Assembly (NCBI GenBank): GCA_963761305.1
Contig: CAVXGK010000002.1
Coordinates: forward strand, 512,001 to 576,000
Direction: 5' to 3'
Source: an uncultured Gemmatimonadaceae bacterium
Lineage (GTDB): Bacteria; Gemmatimonadota; Gemmatimonadetes; Gemmatimonadales; Gemmatimonadaceae
DNA length: 64,000 nt
Both the position numbers and the translations under genes were made by a program. This document shows positions 57,464-64,000 of this stretch, one piece after another. Within the stretch, counting starts at the first letter, position 1; each line of letters opens with the position of its first letter. Below the pieces are notes generated by a model. It worked only from the letters and a program-made list of their open reading frames with translations. It was not told the DNA's origin and did not search any database.

Positions 57464-59359
57464 ATGAGCGTCCTCGACCGCGTCGCATCGCCCGCGGATG
57501 TTCGCAGCATGAGCCGCGACGAGCTGCGCCACTTGGCCGACGACGTGCGCGCGCGCCTCATCGACGTGTGCTCGCGAACGGGCGGCCATATCGGGGCGGG
57601 GCTCGGCGTCGTCGAGCTGACCATCGCGCTTCACTACGCGTTCGACACGCCGCGCGACCAGCTCGTGTGGGACGTCGGCCACCAGGGCTACCCGCACAAA
57701 CTGCTCACCGGACGCAACACGCGCATGGAGACGCTCAGGCAGGAGAACGGCGTCTCAGGGTTCCTCAAGCGCAGCGAGAGCGAGTACGACGCCTTCGGCG
57801 CCGGCCATGCGGCGACGTCCATCTCGGCCGCGCTCGGGATGGCGGTCGGACGCGACGTGAAAGGCGAGGACTTCAAGGTCGTCGCCATCGTCGGCGACGG
57901 CGCGCTCACGTCGGGGATGGCGTACGAAGGACTCAACAACGCCGGCCACTCGAGCCGTGACATCGTCGTCGTGCTCAACGACAACGAGATGTCGATCGCG
58001 CCCAACGTCGGCGCGATGTCCAAGTACCTGAATTCGATTCAGCGCAACTCGCTGTACAACCGCGTGCGGTCGGCGATCGGCGAGATCGTGGATCACGCGC
58101 CGGGGCCGCTCTCGTCCGTCGGTACGATCGTCCGCAAATGGGAAGAGAGCGTCAAGACGTTCCTCACGCCCGGCGTGCTGTTCGAGGAGCTCGGGTTTCG
58201 CTACTTCGGTCCGATCGATGGACACGACATCGGCGCGATGATCGACACGTTCGCCGCCGTGCGTGCCATGAAAGGCCCGCGACTGGTGCACGTCCTCACG
58301 CAGAAGGGAAAGGGGTTTCCGGCCGGCGAGCGAAGCGTCGAGAAGTGGCACGCGTTGCCGCCGGGACACGATCCGGCGACGGGCGCGCAGCGCAAGCAAT
58401 CGACGTCGAATCCGAACTACACCAAGGTTTTCGGCGCGGGGCTCGTCGAGCTGGCGAATCACGACAAGACAGTCGTTGCGATCACCGCGGCGATGCCGAG
58501 CGGCACCGGGACCGACGCGTTCGCGAAGGCCCATCCCGACCGGTTCTTCGACGTCGGCATCGCCGAGGGACACGCAGTCACGTTCGCGGCGGGAATCGCG
58601 ACCCGCGGGGTGCGGCCGGTCGTCGCCATTTACTCGACCTTCCTCCAGCGCGCCTACGACAGCATCGTGCACGACGTCGCGATCCAGTCGCTGCCGGTGA
58701 TCTTCTGCATGGACCGCGCGGGGCTGGTCGGCGAAGACGGCGAGACGCACATGGGGCTGTACGACATTGCCTATCTGCTCGCCGTGCCAGGAATGACCGT
58801 CACGGCGCCGGCCGACGCCACGGAGATGCTCCGCCTCCTCGCCAGCGCGGTGCAGCACCGCGACGGCCCATTTTCGATTCGCTATCCGCGCGACAACGCG
58901 CCCGACGTTCCGGCGACGACGGCCGTGCTCGATCCCGTACCGTACGCGACGTGGGACGTGCCGCGCCGCGGCAGCGACTTCGCGATCTTCGCCGTCGGCA
59001 CGATGGTGCGGCCGTCGCTCGAGGCGGCGAACTCGCTCGCCGCGGAAGGGATCAACGTGAGCGTCGTGAACTGCCGCTTTCTCAAGCCGTACGACGAAGT
59101 CACGCTCGCGGCAATTCTCGCCGACCATCGCCACATCCTGGTCGTCGAGGAGGGCACGATGGTGAACGGTTTCGGCGCGTTCATCTCGTCGGTCATCGCG
59201 CGGCACGACGCGAGCGTTCGCGTGTCGGTGCACGGTGTGCCGGACCGGGTGATCCAAGCCGCGCCGCGTGCGCGACAGCTCGCCGCGTGCGGGCTCGACG
59301 CCGCCGGAATCGCCGAACGCGTTCGCGCGCTGCACGAAAGCGAGGCACTGGCCGGGTGA
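57464..59359 (+). CDS. dxs: 1-deoxy-D-xylulose-5-phosphate synthase
   Basis: WDVGHQGYPHK, GDGALTSGMAYEGLNN, LNDN, DVGIAEGHA, YSTFLQRAYD, DRAG. Confidence 0.98.
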   Translation: MSVLDRVASPADVRSMSRDELRHLADDVRARLIDVCSRTGGHIGAGLGVVELTIALHYAFDTPRDQLVWDVGHQGYPHKLLTGRNTRMETLRQENGVSGFLKRSESEYDAFGAGHAATSISAALGMAVGRDVKGEDFKVVAIVGDGALTSGMAYEGLNNAGHSSRDIVVVLNDNEMSIAPNVGAMSKYLNSIQRNSLYNRVRSAIGEIVDHAPGPLSSVGTIVRKWEESVKTFLTPGVLFEELGFRYFGPIDGHDIGAMIDTFAAVRAMKGPRLVHVLTQKGKGFPAGERSVEKWHALPPGHDPATGAQRKQSTSNPNYTKVFGAGLVELANHDKTVVAITAAMPSGTGTDAFAKAHPDRFFDVGIAEGHAVTFAAGIATRGVRPVVAIYSTFLQRAYDSIVHDVAIQSLPVIFCMDRAGLVGEDGETHMGLYDIAYLLAVPGMTVTAPADATEMLRLLASAVQHRDGPFSIRYPRDNAPDVPATTAVLDPVPYATWDVPRRGSDFAIFAVGTMVRPSLEAANSLAAEGINVSVVNCRFLKPYDEVTLAAILADHRHILVVEEGTMVNGFGAFISSVIARHDASVRVSVHGVPDRVIQAAPRARQLAACGLDAAGIAERVRALHESEALAG

Positions 59360-60222
59360 TCCGACTCGGCGTCGTCGGACACCGCGGATACACCGGTCTG
59401 CCCTCGGTCCTCAGGACGCTCAGCGAGCTCGCGCCGGCGCTCGGGCTCGAGCTGTCGTACGAGGAAGAGCTTTACGAGGTCGCCGGCGGCAATCGTCTCG
59501 ACGATCCGTCGCGGCTCGACGCGCTGCTCACGCTCGGCGGCGACGGCACGCTGCTGCGCGGCGCCCGCATCATCGCGCCGCATCCGGTGCCGATCCTCGG
59601 CGTGAACCTCGGACGCCTCGGCTTCCTCACCTGCTGCAACGCCGACCAGCTCTCGAATGCGCTGATGCGGTTCGCGCGGCACGACTACGTGGCCGAGCCG
59701 CGCATGGCGCTGCGTGCGCGGGTGCTCGACGTGCACGGCGTGGAACGCGAGCGATGGATCGCGCTCAACGACGTCGTGCTGCACAAGGGCGGCTTCGCGC
59801 GCGTCGTCTCGATTCGCGTGTCGGCGAACGGCGAGGCGGTCGCGAGCTACGCGGCGGACGGCGTCGTGCTGTCCACGCCGACCGGATCGACCGCGTACAG
59901 TCTCTCGGCCGGTGGACCCGTCGTCTTCCCGACGCTCGAGACGATCGTCGTCACACCGGTGTCCGCGCACACGCTCGCGATCCGCACGGTGATCCTGCCG
60001 TCGAGCGCCGAAGTCACGCTCAACGCCGACGACGGTCCGGCCGAGCTGCTGGTGACGGTCGACGGCCAAGTCGGGACGACGTTCGCCAGCGGCGAGACGC
60101 TGAGCATTCGTCGCGCCGAGGGCGATGTGTTGATCATTCGCTTCCCGGGCTCGACGTTCTTCTCGACGCTGCGCCAGAAGCTGGGCTGGGGAGGGCTCGC
60201 CGAGCGAGATTCGGCGGGCTAA
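59356..60222 (+). CDS. nadK: NAD(+) kinase
   Basis: LGGDGTLL, GVNLGRLGFL, LND, DG..STPTGSTAYSLSAGGP. Confidence 0.96.
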   Translation: MIRLGVVGHRGYTGLPSVLRTLSELAPALGLELSYEEELYEVAGGNRLDDPSRLDALLTLGGDGTLLRGARIIAPHPVPILGVNLGRLGFLTCCNADQLSNALMRFARHDYVAEPRMALRARVLDVHGVERERWIALNDVVLHKGGFARVVSIRVSANGEAVASYAADGVVLSTPTGSTAYSLSAGGPVVFPTLETIVVTPVSAHTLAIRTVILPSSAEVTLNADDGPAELLVTVDGQVGTTFASGETLSIRRAEGDVLIIRFPGSTFFSTLRQKLGWGGLAERDSAG

Positions 60223-60232
60223 GGGAACGCGG

Positions 60233-61909
60233 ATGCTGAGCGAGCTGCGAATCCGGAATTTCGCGATTATCGAAGTGCTCGCGTTACCGCTCGCACCCGG
60301 CTTCAACGCGCTCACCGGCGAGACGGGAGCGGGGAAGTCGATCATCGTCGGAGCGCTCGGCCTTCTGCTCGGCGAGCGCGCCAACGCGGATGTGATCCGC
60401 AGCGGTGCGGACCGCGCGACGGTCGAGGGCACCTTCGACATCGCCGAACAGCCCGAGATCCGCGCGCTGCTCGACCGGCACGGAATCGACGTCGACGACT
60501 CGGTGGTCGTGCTCAAGCGCGAGGTCACCCCCGGGCGCGCGCGCGGCTGGATCAACGGCACGCCGGTCAACGCGGGAATCCTCGCCGAGGTCGGACGCGC
60601 GTTGGTCAACATCCACGGGCAGCACGAGGCCCAGACGCTGCTCGACGGCGAATCGCAGCGTCGGATCCTCGACGCATTTGCCGGCGCCGACGCCGATGCC
60701 GCGACGGTCGCGCGGGCGCACTCGGAGCTCAACTCCGTCGTCCGCGAGATCGCCGATCTCACCAAGCGCCGCGCCGACGCCGAGCGACGCGCCGACTATC
60801 TGCGACACGTCGTCCGCGAGATCGGCGACGCGAAGGTCAAAGAGGGCGAAGACGTACGGCTGGAAGACGAAGCGCGCCGGCTGGAGAATGCCGACGAGCT
60901 TCGCGCGCTCGCCGCCGGCCTCGCGTCGGCGCTCGACGGCGACGAAGACGCCGCCCTCCAGCGACTCGGCGCGATCTCCAAACAGCTGGCGTCGATTCAA
61001 CGGATCGATCCGTCGCTCGCGCGGATGCAAGAGATGTTCGACTCGGCCTTCTTCGCGATCGAGGCGCTGGCCCGTGAATTGTCGGACTATGAGTCGTCGG
61101 TGGAGCTCGATCCGGCTCGCCTCGAGGAAGTGCGGCGACGTCGCGACTTACTGTTCCGACTGACCAAGAAGTACGGCGGGTCGCTCGCCGAGGTGATCCG
61201 CACCGGCGCCGAGGCGCGCGCCGAGTTGGAGTTGGCGGATTCGGGCGGACTCGATCTGCGCGAGCTGGAGTCGCGGGAACGAGCGGCGCGCGTGGCGCTG
61301 GAGACCGGGGCTCGCGCGCTCACCAAGAAGAGGGAAACCGCCGCGAAGAAGCTCGCGCGCGCCGTCGACGAGGTGTTGCCGGACCTCGGGATGCCCGACG
61401 GTCATCTCACCGTGTCGCTGAATCGTCTGCCGCACATCGGCGAACACGGCGCCGAAGACGTCGAGTTTCGCGTCGCGCTGAACGTCGGCCACGAAGCCCG
61501 CGCACTCAGCCGCGTGGCATCGGGCGGCGAGCTGTCGCGCGTGATGCTCGCCCTCAAGACGATCCTCGCGCGCCTCGACCGCGTCCCAACGCTGGTGTTC
61601 GACGAAGTCGACGCCGGGATCGGCGGGCGGGTCGGACTACAGGTCGGCGACACGCTCCGCCGCGTGGCCGACGACCATCAGGTCTTCGCCATCACCCACC
61701 TCCCACAGATCGCGGCGCGGGCGCACCATCACATCGTCGTCAGCAAGGGCGCGAAGGGCGGCGTGACGACCGCCGATGTCGCGGTGGTCGCCGAGGACGA
61801 GCGGGTGATGGAGGTGGCGCGGATGCTCGGCGGGGATGCCGAGAGCGCGACGAGCCGGGCCCACGCGAGAGAATTGCTGGCGGCGGGGAAGCGCGAGCCG
61901 GTGGGCTGA
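60233..61909 (+). CDS. recN: DNA repair protein RecN
   Basis: TGETGAGKS, IHGQHE, coiled coil, ASGGELSR, FDEVDAGIGG, ITHLPQIAA. Confidence 0.98.
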   Translation: MLSELRIRNFAIIEVLALPLAPGFNALTGETGAGKSIIVGALGLLLGERANADVIRSGADRATVEGTFDIAEQPEIRALLDRHGIDVDDSVVVLKREVTPGRARGWINGTPVNAGILAEVGRALVNIHGQHEAQTLLDGESQRRILDAFAGADADAATVARAHSELNSVVREIADLTKRRADAERRADYLRHVVREIGDAKVKEGEDVRLEDEARRLENADELRALAAGLASALDGDEDAALQRLGAISKQLASIQRIDPSLARMQEMFDSAFFAIEALARELSDYESSVELDPARLEEVRRRRDLLFRLTKKYGGSLAEVIRTGAEARAELELADSGGLDLRELESRERAARVALETGARALTKKRETAAKKLARAVDEVLPDLGMPDGHLTVSLNRLPHIGEHGAEDVEFRVALNVGHEARALSRVASGGELSRVMLALKTILARLDRVPTLVFDEVDAGIGGRVGLQVGDTLRRVADDHQVFAITHLPQIAARAHHHIVVSKGAKGGVTTADVAVVAEDERVMEVARMLGGDAESATSRAHARELLAAGKREPVG

Positions 61910-61923
61910 CGGATCGCCCGGCG

Positions 61924-63588
61924 TTACCGCCCGACGAACACTCGCAGCGTGATCTGATCCCTGAACGTCTTGGGGATCGGCCCGCCCGTCCCGGTCAGCG
62001 TCTCGAGATGGCTGAACGACACCTCGAACGGCATCGTTCGCGGCACGGGATTGGCGATGCCGGTCGTCGAATATGAGAACCCAAATCCAAGCGCTTGCGT
62101 CGTCGCCGCGGCGTTGCCCAGCGGGAGATTGCTCGCCACGGTGGTGACCGGCACGTAGTTGTCCGCGCCGACGTTGGTGAGCATGTACTCGCCGTTCAGC
62201 ACGAAGTAGCCGGCGAATCGCCACCGCGGGAGGACGCTCAGCGACAGGACGTTGCCCGCCGAGTACGTGCCGGGGATGGCGGGCGTGAGGGGGAACAGCA
62301 GGCTCGCCGGCGTCGGAACGCGGGCGACGTCGATCGTGCCGAGCTGCGCCGTATACGATCCGAGCACCGTTGCCGACAGGTGGCCTCCGAACAGCACATC
62401 GGCCGCGCCGCCGACTTCGACGCCCGGCTGGCCGTAGCCCGTGCCGATATCGAACAGCAGGTTGCGGTTCGCCGGCTCGCCCGTCGCGAAGCGGTATTCA
62501 CCGTGAACGGAAACGCGCGCCTGCGGTCCGGTTTTCGTTGAATCGTGAAACGTGTTGAACAACTGCAGCGTCGCGCCGACCGACACGTCGCCGATGGACG
62601 ACCGGTCGACGAGCTGTAGCGAGTCGCGTCCGACGATTGCCAGCATTTGCTGCATCTCGTTTCGCGCGCCTGGACCGCCGGCGCCGGCGACGGTGCCCGA
62701 GATGACGGCCGACGGCAGGAACGTCTGATACTGCGTCACGAGGCCGTTGATGCGCGCCTCGATGGCGCTCTCGGTCGTGCTGCCGGCCAGCGGAACGAAG
62801 AGCTGGCCCGGATGCGACGGGTCGCCGCCGTAAAGCGTTTCGATCGCCGTGGCCGTCGTGCTCGTCGTCTGGATGAGCGCCGTCACGGCGGATGGGTCCG
62901 AGAGCAGCGACGAGCAATCCGACGTCGGATTCGTCTGACATTGCGTGAGCCGCGCCTGCAACGCGGTCGCCGCGGCGCGAAACGACGCCACGAGCTGCGC
63001 CTCGGACGAGCGGAGGTCCGGGTTGGTGAGTCCGGGATTCGGGCCGACGTTGGCCCCGAAACCGAACAGGCACGGCGGCGGAGTCGATGGTGCGTTTGCG
63101 GGCGGTTTCCCGCACAACTTCGGATTGAGCTGGCCGTAGGTCGTCGAGCGCGTTTCCACGAGCGGCACGACAGCGCCGATGGTGAGCCAGCGCGTGAGCC
63201 CGTACTGGAGGATCAGCGGCGCCGTGACGATTCGCGAATTGGCCGTCGAGACGAGATTCCCGGCCGAGAGGCGGAACGCCGGGTCGGCGGCCAGCGTGCG
63301 GATCGCGTTCTCCGACGGCACGAGCTGCGGCGCGACCGTCGTCGTCATCGAGTCGGCGTTGAAGCTATACGCGATGTTGCGCGGGCCCTGGCCGAGTCCG
63401 GGCGCCGTGCCGAACAGCTCGTCGTAGCGAGTCCACGACGTCAGGCCGCTGATCGAACCGACGCCGCGCGGCAGCACCGACGCGTCGACTTGCGGATTCG
63501 TAGTCGCCTGGGCGACGGACCGATGCGGAAGCAAGAACCCAAAGACGAGACCAACCGCACTCGATCGGATGAACTGACGAACCGTCAA
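61924..63588 (-). CDS. Large secreted protein, probable outer-membrane beta-barrel with a helical insertion
   Basis: Signal-like N-terminus ending VA-Q; amphipathic strands; SIGDVSVGATLQL and ATG..DIGTGYG resemble COG4313/MetA-pathway channel motifs; start uncertain. Confidence 0.65.
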   Translation of the reverse strand: MTVRQFIRSSAVGLVFGFLLPHRSVAQATTNPQVDASVLPRGVGSISGLTSWTRYDELFGTAPGLGQGPRNIAYSFNADSMTTTVAPQLVPSENAIRTLAADPAFRLSAGNLVSTANSRIVTAPLILQYGLTRWLTIGAVVPLVETRSTTYGQLNPKLCGKPPANAPSTPPPCLFGFGANVGPNPGLTNPDLRSSEAQLVASFRAAATALQARLTQCQTNPTSDCSSLLSDPSAVTALIQTTSTTATAIETLYGGDPSHPGQLFVPLAGSTTESAIEARINGLVTQYQTFLPSAVISGTVAGAGGPGARNEMQQMLAIVGRDSLQLVDRSSIGDVSVGATLQLFNTFHDSTKTGPQARVSVHGEYRFATGEPANRNLLFDIGTGYGQPGVEVGGAADVLFGGHLSATVLGSYTAQLGTIDVARVPTPASLLFPLTPAIPGTYSAGNVLSLSVLPRWRFAGYFVLNGEYMLTNVGADNYVPVTTVASNLPLGNAAATTQALGFGFSYSTTGIANPVPRTMPFEVSFSHLETLTGTGGPIPKTFRDQITLRVFVGR

Positions 63589-63676
63589 TCGAAAGCTCGC
63601 GTCGCGCTTTGTGGGAAGTGGGGCGTAGCCCGCCCGGCTATCATTCCTCGGTCGCCAACAAGATACACACAGGCTC

Positions 63677-64000
63677 GTGTCACTGCTCCCGCCTCCGGCC
63701 ATTCCCTGGCAGATCACGGGCAATCATTGGATTGCCCTGCCGTGCATTCATCCGGCCGACGCGTCCATCCACGCCGTCGGCATGCTGCACCGCGGCGCGC
63801 GATCTGCCATCGAGTTCGCCGGCGGTGCGGAGTTCGTGGCCGGCAACGAGCCGCCGCTCGCCCGCCCCTCGGTCGGCGTGGATGGCGTACGCCACCGCCT
63901 CTCGGAGGTTCCCATCGCCTGGGAGCGCGCGCTCGGCTGGATCCCCACCTTCACGTGTACGGTCGCCGAGTGCCTGGTGCGCGGAACGATCTTCGCGCCG
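63677..64000 (+). CDS. 5' part of a protein truncated by the window edge, possibly glycoside hydrolase family 125-associated
   Basis: Open frame from GTG 63677 to the edge: MSLLPPPAIPWQITGNHWIALPCIHPADASIHAVGMLH...; family call is weak recollection of the TGN.W..LP N-terminus. Confidence 0.5.
   Translation, partial: MSLLPPPAIPWQITGNHWIALPCIHPADASIHAVGMLHRGARSAIEFAGGAEFVAGNEPPLARPSVGVDGVRHRLSEVPIAWERALGWIPTFTCTVAECLVRGTIFAP

Noticed and set aside
14891..60222. Apparent long N-terminal extensions or fusions in the ORF track (rarA from 14891, asparaginase II from 20168, prmA from 27366, rsmA from 41069, pheT from 48509, nadK from 58138)
   Set aside because: The extensions overlap upstream genes in another frame and are low-complexity; downstream starts, several with 4-bp overlaps, match the family N-termini
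90..63954. Many long antisense or alternate-frame ORFs (e.g. 3381-5393 -, 32629-35187 -, 35668-37842 -, 58882-60765 -)
   Set aside because: Arg/Ala-rich, motif-free shadows of well-supported genes; expected from stop-codon scarcity in high-GC DNA

Overview
GC-rich bacterial chromosome segment made almost entirely of core housekeeping genes on the + strand. The gene set and order (diderm envelope and LPS heptose genes alongside rny, rex, hrcA, mutS2) suggest Gemmatimonadota; this is an inference, not a search result. It runs from the end of accC through ftsK, recA-recX, alaS, gmhA/SDR, cca, rarA, hflX, two tRNAs, obgE-dprA-hemW-hrcA-dnaJ-prmA-rsmE, tRNA-Arg(TCG), rpsU-yqeY-mutS2-dnaG, recJ-rsmD-coaD-pta, an Rsb-type partner-switching trio, rsmA, rex/arcA, infC-rpmI-rplT, pheST-zapA-6S-rny-folD-xseAB-ispA-dxs-nadK-recN, then a large outer-membrane protein and a truncated ORF. 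I see no mobile element, prophage, CRISPR array or defence island, and no clearly new multi-gene system. The best signals are regulatory or translational: a perfect Rex operator between rex and arcA, an L20-leader-like attenuator, a compact 6S-like RNA, a candidate SOS box at recA, repeated leaderless-type promoters, probable non-canonical starts (infC ATT, hflX ATA, rsbW CTG), a gmhA-SDR fusion that depends on a G7 tract, and a sigma-less Rsb module coupled to coaD-pta. All product calls come from motif recognition by eye.
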